IMG/VR virus record: IMGVR_UViG_3300023283_000076
Span: 206,654 to 270,653 of that record
From: a virus
Taxonomy: Duplodnaviria; Caudoviricetes
Reading direction: 5' to 3' (one strand)
Length of the DNA: 64,000 nucleotides
Part shown: positions 49,368 to 58,496 of the stretch, in pieces
Position numbering within the stretch: the first letter of the stretch is position 1
How the letters are laid out: every line of letters begins with the position of its first letter
Program-made: the position numbers and the translations under genes
The notes under the pieces: model-generated
What the model saw: the letters and a program-made list of their open reading frames with translations, nothing else
The model's database searches: none
Told to the model about the DNA's origin: nothing

Positions 49368-49418
49368 GATTACTATAACCATATAGTAATCGAAAAATAG
49401 TGGCACATGGGGTGCCAC
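49368..49418 (+). promoter_or_regulatory. Tandem hairpins in SSB 5' leader (candidate translational operator)
   Basis: GATTACTATA-acca-TATAGTAATC (49368-49391) and GTGGCAC-atggg-GTGCCAC (49400-49418). Confidence 0.6.
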
Positions 49419-49483
49419 AAATAATACGATAGCATACTAGTACAAATAGAAAGCTAAGAAAACATTAAGAAAGGAGACCTAAT

Positions 49484-50458
49484 ATGGCTAAGAAATTAAC
49501 AATGAAAGAAATCCAAGAACTAGCGAAGAAAAAAACATCAAACAATAACGAAAATAATTTTAAGAATACAGATATATATCCGTTTTGGTTGATGCAAAAG
49601 GATGAAATTGCTAAAGTTAGATTTTTACCCGACAAGAATAAAGAAAATATACTGCCGTTTATCGAAAAATTAGAACACAAATTAACAATAGAAGGCAACG
49701 TGCGAAAAGTACCATGTCCTAAAATGTATGGACATAAATGCCCAATATGTGATTTATCACAAGAATATTATAAGGCAGAGGGTGATGATTCTAATGATGG
49801 AAAATATTATTACCGTGACAGAATGCATTTGGCTAGGGCACTAATCATCGAAGATCCATTACAACCAGATCCTTCAACGGGAGAAAGCTATGTAGGTAAA
49901 GTCGTAACTCTTCAACTAGGATTCCAAATCTATGAAAAAATTATGGAACAACTCGGAACCTTTTTTGATGAGGATGATATGCCCCCATGGGATTTTGAAG
50001 AGGGATACAATTTTAATATTAAAAAGGTAAAACAAGGAAAATATTTTAAGTATGATATCGGTTCATCTTTTGAGCGTAAGCCTAAACCCATTCCTGATGA
50101 ATATTTAGAAAATATAGAACTTAAGGATCTTAGATCCTTGCTTCCGGAAGAAATTGATTATGATAGGGCGAATGAATTCTTGGAAAAGCATAAGTCTGGT
50201 GGAGTAGGAGATTCTGATAGCTTGGAAAATAAAAAATCGGCCTCTTCTTCAGCGGATGCAGATAGAAAGGCTAGAATGCTAGCACGGTTAGAAGGAAACG
50301 ACGAAGACGATGAAGAAATTGACGATGAAGAACAGAAAGAAGCAAAAAAAGCAATCGAGGAACTCGCCGCAGAAGCCGCAGAAGATGACGACGACGATGA
50401 CGATGAAGATGCTGAATTACAAGCAATAATAAATCGTAAAAGAAAATCAAAGTCGTAA
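49484..50458 (+). CDS. gp32: Single-stranded DNA-binding protein gp32
   Basis: KVRFLP...EH...CPKMYGHKCPICD zinc site; long acidic C-terminal tail. Confidence 0.9.
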   Translation: MAKKLTMKEIQELAKKKTSNNNENNFKNTDIYPFWLMQKDEIAKVRFLPDKNKENILPFIEKLEHKLTIEGNVRKVPCPKMYGHKCPICDLSQEYYKAEGDDSNDGKYYYRDRMHLARALIIEDPLQPDPSTGESYVGKVVTLQLGFQIYEKIMEQLGTFFDEDDMPPWDFEEGYNFNIKKVKQGKYFKYDIGSSFERKPKPIPDEYLENIELKDLRSLLPEEIDYDRANEFLEKHKSGGVGDSDSLENKKSASSSADADRKARMLARLEGNDEDDEEIDDEEQKEAKKAIEELAAEAAEDDDDDDDEDAELQAIINRKRKSKS

Positions 50459-50466
50459 TTTAATCG

Positions 50467-50495
50467 TTGACTAAAAATCAAAAAGCCTATATCAT
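50467..50495 (+). promoter_or_regulatory. sigma70-type promoter for uvsX
   Basis: TTGACT-17-TATCAT. Confidence 0.65.
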
Positions 50496-50510
50496 AGATA
50501 TAGGCTTTTT
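50480..50510. terminator. Perfect 14-bp inverted repeat / terminator after SSB, overlapping the uvsX -10
   Basis: AAAAAGCCTATATC-ata-GATATAGGCTTTTT. Confidence 0.75.
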
Positions 50511-50537
50511 AAACTTTAATATAGGAGATAAAAACTA

Positions 50538-51575
50538 ATGGCGGATATATTTAACAAATTTAGGAAAGATGTCGAAAAAATGAAAGACGTCACTACTAAC
50601 TCTGAACCACCTCAACATTGGCTCAGTACAGGATGTTATGTTATAAACAAAACAATATCTGGTTCATATACTAAGGGTTTTGCTTCCAGCAGAGTATCTA
50701 TGATAACTGGTCCATCTAGCGCAGGTAAAAGCCTCATGGCGATGCAAGCCGCAGTAGAAGCCCAGAAAGAGGGATTTTTGGTATTTGTTGTTGATTCAGA
50801 ACATGCGTTAGATGACAATTACATGAAGAAAGTAGGATTAGATGTAAATACCGAAACGTTTTTCTATAATGATGTTAAATCGTTAGAAGCTGCTAAAAAA
50901 GTTACTACATCGTTTATTAATACGTATAGAGATAATAAAGATGAGTTACCACCTGCTTTAATATTAATTGATAGTATGGACCAACTTAAAACAAAGACGC
51001 ATGTTGAAAAATCTGAGCAGGGAGAGGTATATAATGACCAAGGTCAGCATCCAAAACAACTTAAACAGTTTGCTGCAGATATTGGACATGAAATTAAGGA
51101 TTTAGATATTTTTTGTGTAATGACCAAGCAACCATATAAAAACCAAGATCCTATTATGTCTAAAGTACAACCATATATAATCACAGATGCTATGCGATTC
51201 CCATTTAGCCAAATTGTACTATTAACTAATAGACGAGTTAAAGATAAAACAACAAAAAATGTAGAGGGAATTGCTCTAAAAGTCTTTGCAGAAAAAACTA
51301 GGTTTTGCAAACCGTTCCAATCTTGTGTTGTAGATATCCCATATGATTCAGGTATTGACCCTTATAGTGGTATATTAGCGGTAGCAGAAGATCTGGGGGT
51401 GGTAAAAAAAACCGGTGCATGGTATAATTTTGATGGGAATAAATTCCAAGAAAAAAACTCTGGTCCCTATATGGAAGATATATTTTCTAGACTCCTACAA
51501 AAGGATGAAGATGAAAATGTGGTACTACGTTCCATAGAAGACAGAGAGTATAAAAACGAGGAAAATGATGAGTGA
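50538..51575 (+). CDS. uvsX: RecA-like recombinase UvsX
   Basis: WLSTGCYVIN..ISG, GPSSAGKS, DSEHA, LIDS, KTRF, GAWY. Confidence 0.93.
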   Translation: MADIFNKFRKDVEKMKDVTTNSEPPQHWLSTGCYVINKTISGSYTKGFASSRVSMITGPSSAGKSLMAMQAAVEAQKEGFLVFVVDSEHALDDNYMKKVGLDVNTETFFYNDVKSLEAAKKVTTSFINTYRDNKDELPPALILIDSMDQLKTKTHVEKSEQGEVYNDQGQHPKQLKQFAADIGHEIKDLDIFCVMTKQPYKNQDPIMSKVQPYIITDAMRFPFSQIVLLTNRRVKDKTTKNVEGIALKVFAEKTRFCKPFQSCVVDIPYDSGIDPYSGILAVAEDLGVVKKTGAWYNFDGNKFQEKNSGPYMEDIFSRLLQKDEDENVVLRSIEDREYKNEENDE

Positions 51576-52137
51576 TAAAAATTTAAAAGACCTATTAAAA
51601 GACAGAGAAAAAAATTATCTGGAAAGCACGCAAAAAATATTAGAAATTTTTTTACCTCAACTAAATGAATCCATACAAGAAGTAATATATGATGGAGAGC
51701 CTATAAACATATTAGTAAAAGGAATATATCCAATAGTAGATAATTTACAATATGTCTCCATAATAGTTAAAGTATCTCAATTGGATATAGGAGATACCGT
51801 TGATCTGGTAGATGATGACGGACAGAAAAAGGAACTGAAAATAACAAAAGATAATTACTGGAGCGTGGCGGATTTAATAACATTAAATGCACCAATATCG
51901 GTACTAGAGACACAGGACTCTTCTGTCATATCGAAGTTTATGCGTGAAGAATATGAAGAAAACCCTGAACTAAATGACATGGTTGAAAATGAAAACTTTT
52001 TAAGTGATACAGAATCTTCAGATGAAAATAATACACAAGAAAATATTATAGATGATTTTGATAAGTCGCAACTGGACAACACACAACAAAAACTTTTAGG
52101 GTTATATAATAACAAACAATCAGGAAATAAACATTAA
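51565..52137 (+). CDS. Acidic hypothetical protein
   Basis: 190 aa, overlaps uvsX stop. Confidence 0.7.
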   Translation: MMSDKNLKDLLKDREKNYLESTQKILEIFLPQLNESIQEVIYDGEPINILVKGIYPIVDNLQYVSIIVKVSQLDIGDTVDLVDDDGQKKELKITKDNYWSVADLITLNAPISVLETQDSSVISKFMREEYEENPELNDMVENENFLSDTESSDENNTQENIIDDFDKSQLDNTQQKLLGLYNNKQSGNKH

Positions 52138-52142
52138 ACGTC

Positions 52143-52616
52143 ATGAGTTCTCAAAATCTTAAAAAAATAAGAAAAGATTTCGCACATGCATTGCGCATTA
52201 TTAATGATTATGAAAAAAAGTTGACTGGCTGGCAACAAAACTTGAGCCTAGATAATAAAAATATTGAAAGGGTTAACATAGAGCAATCATCGTGGTTAGC
52301 ATATTATGACGAAATAAAAGTAAACCTAAAAACTATGATAGAGTATTTCGAGTATTTGTTAAAAAACCAAAAAGCACATGATATTCGAATTTTAATTAAA
52401 ACATCTGAGAAATCTATGACGGATAGGATGTTGGATAGATTGGCAGAAGAGAGTCAAGATTATAAAGATATTTTCATGGTGTATCTAGAAATAAAAGAAT
52501 TATATTTAACGGCAGATTCTATCGTTAATCAATTATACCAACGGGCATATAGTATTAATAATATTGTTCGGATACGTGAAAAAGAGTTACAAGGAATAAC
52601 TTTACATTTAAATTAA
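52143..52616 (+). CDS. uvsY: Recombination mediator UvsY-like
   Basis: 157 aa helical protein directly upstream of uvsW; QRAYSINNIV end motif. Confidence 0.6.
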   Translation: MSSQNLKKIRKDFAHALRIINDYEKKLTGWQQNLSLDNKNIERVNIEQSSWLAYYDEIKVNLKTMIEYFEYLLKNQKAHDIRILIKTSEKSMTDRMLDRLAEESQDYKDIFMVYLEIKELYLTADSIVNQLYQRAYSINNIVRIREKELQGITLHLN

Positions 52617-52618
52617 TA

Positions 52619-54196
52619 ATGACGAATATTCCAGAAAAAATAGCTACTATTATAATAGAAGATTATGTCTATGCGACAATCGCCGGTCTTAGAGTAGAAG
52701 ATACCGAGCATTTAGTCAATGAATATGCGGTCTATACTAAAAATTATTTTTTCTCACCAGATTATCAGATGAAGAGATGGGATGGGAAATTCAAGTTCTT
52801 TTCTAATGCGAATAGAACGTATCTTAGTATTATAATAGAGATTGTAGATGAATTAAAAAAACGCGGATATAAGATAAGGATCAACAATAGAAGACGTGAT
52901 TTTAATTTACATATTCCACCTGTTGATGAAAACTATTTTTCTGAATATGAGTTTAAATTAGGAAAACATCAAGTTAAAGCAATAAACAATACATTAAAAG
53001 GTCATCATGGGATCATTAGAGTTGGAACTGGAGGAGGAAAAACTTTAATTACTGCAGTATTGGCAGATCTATATACTAAACACAATTATAAGACAATTGT
53101 AATTGTGCCAAACAAAGATTTGATAACTCAAACAAAGGATGAATTATCGTCATTTGGGATGGAAGTGGGTGCATATTATAGTAAAGAAAAAATAACAAAC
53201 AAACCAGTTACAATTTCGACATGGCAATCCTTAAATAATAATCCTAATTTGCTATCTTCTTTTAACGCTGTGATGGTAGATGAATGTCATGGATCGCAAG
53301 CACAAAATCTTTTCAAATTGCTTTCCAACCAAGGGAAAAATATTCCTGTTAGAATTGGTTTAACTGGAACCATTCCAGAACATATGTGCGATAAATTAAA
53401 AGTTTTTTCGGTTTTGGGTCCAGTAAAAGCAACAGTCCCGGCTAACTATTTAATGAAAATAGGCTGGTTAGCTAAACTCAATCTTCTTATGGTTCAATAT
53501 AAAGAAGAGTTTGTTGAAGAATGGGAACATTTTAAACAGGTTTCAGAATCTACAGAAGATAAAACAATATCATATAAAGAGTTTAAAAATCATAGATTAT
53601 TTCCCGCATATGAAAATGAAAAAACTTATTTAAAAACAAATGCCTCTAGGCTAGAAAGCATTGCGAATTTAATAAAAGTAATGACTGAAAAATATGGAAA
53701 TTCTTTTATTCTTGTTAATACTATAGATTTTGGTAAAAAATTACAAAAATTGTTGGGAGAAGATGCTATATTTATTAGCGCTAAGATAAATGACAGAAAG
53801 CCAATATATGATGCATTTAAAACAAACAACAATATCATAGGTATAGCAACATACAATCTCGCTAGCACGGGTCTTAATATACCTAGAATATTTAACATGT
53901 TTCTAATAGATGGAGGGAAATCGTCTATTAAAGTTGTGCAATCAATTGGACGGGGGCTTCGTAAAGCAGCAGATAAAGATAGTGTAAACTTGATTGACAT
54001 ATATTCTGATGTAAAGTTTTCTATGCGTCACGCTAGAAAAAGAAAAAAAATATATAAGGAAGAAAAATATAATTTTAATACTATAAAAGTGGATTATGAA
54101 GACCAAGAAAATACTGTACAAAATTGCTTGAAGAAGGTACAATTACTTAACAACGAATCAAAAAAAGAAGAAATTAAAAAGGAAGTTATAGAATAA
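52619..54196 (+). CDS. uvsW: UvsW-like SF2 helicase
   Basis: GTGGGKT, VDECH, GLTGT, STGLNI, VQSIGRGLR. Confidence 0.93.
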   Translation: MTNIPEKIATIIIEDYVYATIAGLRVEDTEHLVNEYAVYTKNYFFSPDYQMKRWDGKFKFFSNANRTYLSIIIEIVDELKKRGYKIRINNRRRDFNLHIPPVDENYFSEYEFKLGKHQVKAINNTLKGHHGIIRVGTGGGKTLITAVLADLYTKHNYKTIVIVPNKDLITQTKDELSSFGMEVGAYYSKEKITNKPVTISTWQSLNNNPNLLSSFNAVMVDECHGSQAQNLFKLLSNQGKNIPVRIGLTGTIPEHMCDKLKVFSVLGPVKATVPANYLMKIGWLAKLNLLMVQYKEEFVEEWEHFKQVSESTEDKTISYKEFKNHRLFPAYENEKTYLKTNASRLESIANLIKVMTEKYGNSFILVNTIDFGKKLQKLLGEDAIFISAKINDRKPIYDAFKTNNNIIGIATYNLASTGLNIPRIFNMFLIDGGKSSIKVVQSIGRGLRKAADKDSVNLIDIYSDVKFSMRHARKRKKIYKEEKYNFNTIKVDYEDQENTVQNCLKKVQLLNNESKKEEIKKEVIE

Positions 54197-54197
54197 T

Positions 54198-54692
54198 ATG
54201 ATGTTTTTAGACGAAAACAATGATCCAATCGTATTGGAAAGCATAGATATTCCTACAGAATCAGAATATTTTTGGTCCTTTTCCTTAAAAGAAAAAGATT
54301 TTATGCTTAATGAGATAATAACATTTGAAGAGATGGAGGTGTCTTCACTTCTTGTATCTATAATGGGGTATGTAATAGAACTGCCAACAAATTGGAATAT
54401 TTTAATTTATTCACAAGAAACATCTCAGCTTGATATATTAGAGGTATATGAATTGACCAAAGGAAATTATGATGCAGTAATTTACAATCATGTAAAAGAT
54501 TATGTAGAATTTGGGGCCGGATTAGTCAGGGTATTAGATTACTACCCATCTAGTAAGATAAGAACACCATCGCTGCATAAAAGTACCATGTTGTGTCATC
54601 CTGTTGGACCGTCACATTGGATATGCGTGTCACCGACAGATAACTTCAATAAATATTTGAAAAATAGCGTAATAGGAGATTTATATTTATGA
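54198..54692 (+). CDS. Hypothetical beta-rich protein
   Basis: 164 aa downstream of uvsW. Confidence 0.7.
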   Translation: MMFLDENNDPIVLESIDIPTESEYFWSFSLKEKDFMLNEIITFEEMEVSSLLVSIMGYVIELPTNWNILIYSQETSQLDILEVYELTKGNYDAVIYNHVKDYVEFGAGLVRVLDYYPSSKIRTPSLHKSTMLCHPVGPSHWICVSPTDNFNKYLKNSVIGDLYL

Positions 54693-55192
54693 CTAAAAAA
54701 AAGAAGAAGTTTACCGTTCCCGAATTTAAAACATGGTTAGAGGGGATAATGCAATTTCAAAATACAGATTGGTCTCCCAACAGAGAACAATGGGAAGAAA
54801 TTTATTCTAAAATAATGGATTTAAAAGAGCCAATAAATAAAGAGAAAATGTCATTGAGCGAAAGCGCAATAGATGAAATTAATAATATAGTTTATTTTCA
54901 TATAACTGATACTTTGAAAGATAATTTAAGTCAATTCTCTCGCGGAACCCAGCCACAGACGTTGCCGCAAAATTTACCACAACAACCACTGCAACAACCA
55001 CTGCAACAACCACTGCAACAACCACTGCAACAACCACTGCAACAATCGGAAAACGGTTTAGAGAATGTATCATTAAGTGAACTGAAACGAAGGGCCGAGG
55101 AACGGGCAGCAAACCCCACCGGGGACAACGAAAATACACATAAACTCCCAGATCGTACAGATACTGCAGGAAACCCCAACGATTTTGTATAA
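54689..55192 (+). CDS. Hypothetical protein with QQPL tandem repeat
   Basis: 167 aa; EFKTWLEGI...WSPNREQWEEI. Confidence 0.7.
   Translation: MTKKKKKFTVPEFKTWLEGIMQFQNTDWSPNREQWEEIYSKIMDLKEPINKEKMSLSESAIDEINNIVYFHITDTLKDNLSQFSRGTQPQTLPQNLPQQPLQQPLQQPLQQPLQQPLQQSENGLENVSLSELKRRAEERAANPTGDNENTHKLPDRTDTAGNPNDFV
54980..55045 (+). repeat. 12-nt VNTR (CAACAACCACTG)x5.5
   Basis: Five perfect copies plus CAACAA; in-frame QQPL. Confidence 0.95.
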
Positions 55193-55201
55193 TAATATAT
55201 A

Positions 55202-55774
55202 ATGGAAAGTATATACCATGAAAAATTACGGGATAGAGATCTATGGGTTGATGGTGAGAGTGTTCTTAATATAGATGGAATTTGTGACAAAATACTGAAA
55301 GGACATACTGACTTCCATAATTCAAAGCTAGTAGTATCAGAAGATACTGAGAAAGACATTATCAAATTTATTTCATTGATTAACGGTGATATGCCAAAAA
55401 TATCAGTAAAATCTAAACCGGATAATAATATACTAGATACCGCGTTTAATTTGCCCGAAACTTATATGAATGTAGACGTCCAAAAAAATATAATAAAAGG
55501 ATTTAAAAAGCGTCATGAAATTTCAACAATGAAAAATAAAGAACAAGAAGAAAGACTATATAGAATTGCAGATGAAATTGAAAAATATATTGAAATGGGA
55601 TTATATGATGTTCTCCGTTGCATGTCATACATAATAGATATGTTTAAGAAAAATAATGTTGTTTGGGGTACGGGAAGAGGAAGTGCTTGCTGTTCGTATG
55701 TTTTATATTTATTGGAAGTCCATGATATTGATAGTTTTAGTTTCAAACTGGACATTGACGAGTTTCTTAGATAG
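55202..55774 (+). CDS. dnaE: DNA polymerase III alpha (DnaE) fragment, split gene
   Basis: WGTGRGSACCSYVLYLLEVHDID...EFLR corresponds to DnaE GPGRGSAAGSLVAY.L.ITDIDP...ERFL; ends before the catalytic PDID motif. Confidence 0.85.
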   Translation: MESIYHEKLRDRDLWVDGESVLNIDGICDKILKGHTDFHNSKLVVSEDTEKDIIKFISLINGDMPKISVKSKPDNNILDTAFNLPETYMNVDVQKNIIKGFKKRHEISTMKNKEQEERLYRIADEIEKYIEMGLYDVLRCMSYIIDMFKKNNVVWGTGRGSACCSYVLYLLEVHDIDSFSFKLDIDEFLR

Positions 55775-55775
55775 A

Positions 55776-55783
55776 TATAAATA
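55776..55783 (+). promoter_or_regulatory. Late promoter TATAAATA
   Basis: 35 nt upstream of ATG at 55819. Confidence 0.6.
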
Positions 55784-55818
55784 AACATGTTCACGAAAAT
55801 GGAAAAAGGAGTTACATT

Positions 55819-56130
55819 ATGACCAGAAAAACAAAAAGTATAAAGGGTGAGGAAGTAGATTTTGACTTGCTTGAAACGAAACAAAAAATAGAACAAAACA
55901 AGCCCCGTGTTATGGAAGTTAGAGAACGAGAAGACTTCGTACATAAAAGAAGAAAAAATAGAGGACGTAGCTCTGCTATGCAAAAAATTAGAGAGAATAA
56001 AACAAACAAGAATGATATTAATACTACTAAAGAAGAAAATAAAAAAACAGCAACTACTAAAAAATCTAAAAACAAAAAAAGAACGATAGTAAAAAAAGAG
56101 AATTCAACAACTGACAAGGGTATAGAATAA
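55819..56130 (+). CDS. Small basic hypothetical protein
   Basis: 103 aa, AAGGAG SD; Lys-rich. Confidence 0.7.
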   Translation: MTRKTKSIKGEEVDFDLLETKQKIEQNKPRVMEVREREDFVHKRRKNRGRSSAMQKIRENKTNKNDINTTKEENKKTATTKKSKNKKRTIVKKENSTTDKGIE

Positions 56131-56447
56131 TGATGGAATCATTGGCACTTATAGAAGATAAAATTGCTTTTACATTTTTAGAGGATGTTAGTAAAGAGGG
56201 TTTTTCAAATACTACAGAATCTGGAATAATTGTTAAGCAAAAACAAGAAAATCAAATTAATATACCACGATGGGGTAAAGCTATAAAATGTTCTCCTAAT
56301 GTTACGGATGTAAATGTAGGAGATTATATATTAATTGAACCCATGGGTTGGACTCCGGGGGTAGAGTTGGGCGACGTGAATGAGGATATTTTTTGGTTAA
56401 CAACAGAGGCCAAAGTAATGGTAACCAGTGATGATTATCCCATATAA
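56130..56447 (+). CDS. groES: GroES-like co-chaperonin (functional analogue of T4 gp31)
   Basis: TTESGIIV mobile loop; GKAIKCSPNVTDVNVGDYILI. Confidence 0.85.
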   Translation: MMESLALIEDKIAFTFLEDVSKEGFSNTTESGIIVKQKQENQINIPRWGKAIKCSPNVTDVNVGDYILIEPMGWTPGVELGDVNEDIFWLTTEAKVMVTSDDYPI

Positions 56448-56451
56448 TTAT

Positions 56452-56459
56452 CATAAATA
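56452..56459 (+). promoter_or_regulatory. Late promoter CATAAATA
   Basis: 22 nt upstream of ATG at 56482. Confidence 0.5.
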
Positions 56460-56481
56460 TTAACTAAATTAAGGCTTTAAA

Positions 56482-57480
56482 ATGATATTTCTAATTTTAA
56501 TGATATTTGGGACTCTGCTTATAGCAAGCGCTGCAGTATTTTTTAGCGTGTTGGGGCTGGTTCAAACATTCTCGGAAACTGCTATATATTGGGGGACTTC
56601 TATTGAAGTTGCTAAACTTATATTAGCATCTTTTTTGTATAGGTTTTGGTATACTACCAGTAAATTATCGAAAATAATAAACATTATTCTAATAGTATTT
56701 CTCATGTCCATAACCTCGTTAGGGATTTACGGGCATATAATAACATCATATCAAGAAGGTAATCTTCAAGTAGTTAATCAAAATATAATATTAGAAAGTG
56801 CACAAAATAAACTCAAAAGAATTAAAGAAAAAATTGAAATAACAAATGAAAGAATAGAGAACAACAGGTCTCGTATGGAAGCCATTGAAGATGAAATATC
56901 TAGAGTTCCAGATAACTATGTTACTGTTAGACGAGAACTAATAAAAGAACGCGAACCCGAAAAAAATGAAATCCAAAACAGAATAGATAGTCTATTTGAT
57001 GATCGAGAACAATTATTTTCAGAATTAGAAAACCAACAACAACATATATCAGAATTGAGAATTGAAACGGGTGAGATAGAAAATAAAGTCGGGCCTATAA
57101 TGTTTGTAGTAGAAACTTTGGGCGCTACAGGGGAAAGGGCAGTTTTTTGGTTTGTTTTAATTATTGTGTTATCATTTGACCCTGCCGCAGTAGCATTAAC
57201 AATATATACAAATAAAGTTTCACTATCTTTAAAAGATGCATCAAACAACAACAACAACAACAACAACGAGAAAGCACCGTCGCTTCGGCCAGATGGAAAT
57301 GATGCTCCTCCAGTTAATCATGTAGAAAATGACAGTAATTCAGAAAAAGAAGAAATAAAAAATTTATTTACCGATGTGAATAACCATATAAAAGAAAATA
57401 ATGAACAATTAAAAAAAATACAAGAAACATTTGATAAAGATAAGAAACGTAAAGAATTGATCGATGATGTTACGAAGTAA
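56482..57480 (+). CDS. Multi-pass membrane protein with coiled coil
   Basis: Hydrophobic N-terminal helices, coiled coil, TM FWFVLIIVLSFDPAAVAL; (AAC)8 poly-Asn at 57244-57267. Confidence 0.75.
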   Translation: MIFLILMIFGTLLIASAAVFFSVLGLVQTFSETAIYWGTSIEVAKLILASFLYRFWYTTSKLSKIINIILIVFLMSITSLGIYGHIITSYQEGNLQVVNQNIILESAQNKLKRIKEKIEITNERIENNRSRMEAIEDEISRVPDNYVTVRRELIKEREPEKNEIQNRIDSLFDDREQLFSELENQQQHISELRIETGEIENKVGPIMFVVETLGATGERAVFWFVLIIVLSFDPAAVALTIYTNKVSLSLKDASNNNNNNNNEKAPSLRPDGNDAPPVNHVENDSNSEKEEIKNLFTDVNNHIKENNEQLKKIQETFDKDKKRKELIDDVTK

Positions 57481-57483
57481 ACC

Positions 57484-57512
57484 TTGAAGTTTATTCCTCA
57501 AGGGTGTATCAT
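57484..57512 (+). promoter_or_regulatory. sigma70-type promoter for clamp-loader operon
   Basis: TTGAAG-17-TATCAT. Confidence 0.6.
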
Positions 57513-57543
57513 TTAATCTCATACAATATGAGATAGACAAGAT

Positions 57544-58491
57544 ATGCCCAAAAAACTTTGGTGGACAAAATATAGACCTGATACGTTGAGTAACTTCATA
57601 TTTCAAAATGAAGATCAGGAAAGACAAATCAAAAAATTTATACATGATAGTGATATTCCACATCTTTTATTATTTGGAGTAAAAGGGTCAGGAAAAACTA
57701 CACTGGCACATATATTAATAAACTCTTTAGTAAAAGAAGAACATAGATCATCGGATGTATTAATTATTAATGGTTCGTTAGATGGAAAAATAGACGGAAT
57801 ACGATCTACATTAATAAATCATGTTAGTTCGGTTCCGATGGGAGATCGGAGAATTGTTTTAATAGATGAAGCTGACGGGTTGTCACCTAGTGCACAAAAT
57901 TCTTTAAGAGGAATATTAGAAAAATATGAGAGCAATGTAAGGGTAATATTTACTGCTAATTATGTTAATAAGTTAACCCCGGAGCTTAGATCAAGATTTT
58001 CAGAGTTTAGATTTTCTAAACTTAAATCCTCTAAAATATTAGAATATTGTATAAACGTGTTAGACGAGGAAGGTGTTGATATAGAAGATAATACTAATAT
58101 TGAAGCATTAAAAACACTTTCAAAGGTATACTCGCATGATTTCAGACAATTAATAACAGCATTGCAGAATGCAACAGATGGAAAAAAATTGCGTTCTAAT
58201 GCATCGGATGATGATACTTTAATTGATAAATTAGAAATTGTCGAAATGATGAAAAAAGACAATTGGATACAGGCTAGAGAAAGGGCTGCAGAGAATTTTT
58301 CCGATGATGAATTAATTGATATCTATAGATTTTTGTATGATTATCTAGATGAAATCGATAAATTTTCTAATGATAAAACTAAATGGAAACGTGGGATTAT
58401 TATAATATCAGATTATATGTATCGTCACGCAATTCACCCAGATCAAGAAGTTAATTTCGCTAGTTGCCTAATAAAATTATCGGAGATTTAA
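57544..58491 (+). CDS. gp44: Clamp loader ATPase subunit gp44 (RFC-like)
   Basis: WWTKYRP, GVKGSGKT, IDEAD, ELRSRF, DFR. Confidence 0.93.
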   Translation: MPKKLWWTKYRPDTLSNFIFQNEDQERQIKKFIHDSDIPHLLLFGVKGSGKTTLAHILINSLVKEEHRSSDVLIINGSLDGKIDGIRSTLINHVSSVPMGDRRIVLIDEADGLSPSAQNSLRGILEKYESNVRVIFTANYVNKLTPELRSRFSEFRFSKLKSSKILEYCINVLDEEGVDIEDNTNIEALKTLSKVYSHDFRQLITALQNATDGKKLRSNASDDDTLIDKLEIVEMMKKDNWIQARERAAENFSDDELIDIYRFLYDYLDEIDKFSNDKTKWKRGIIIISDYMYRHAIHPDQEVNFASCLIKLSEI

Positions 58492-58496
58492 TTATT

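Noticed and set aside
41261-54196. Inteins or introns in gp41, TerL, UvsX or UvsW, which are common insertion targets
   Set aside because: Lengths and motif spacing are normal; no Hint or LAGLIDADG blocks and no reading-frame breaks.
54879-55365. Antisense ORFs with VAVVV / CCSG repeats
   Set aside because: Shadow frames of the QQPL VNTR in the real plus-strand gene.
11910-57509. Shared 10-mer AAGGGTGTAT just upstream of the -10 in two promoters (11910-11919, 57500-57509) as a MotA-like box
   Set aside because: Only two instances, similar 8-mers occur inside CDSs, and the other sigma70 promoters lack it.
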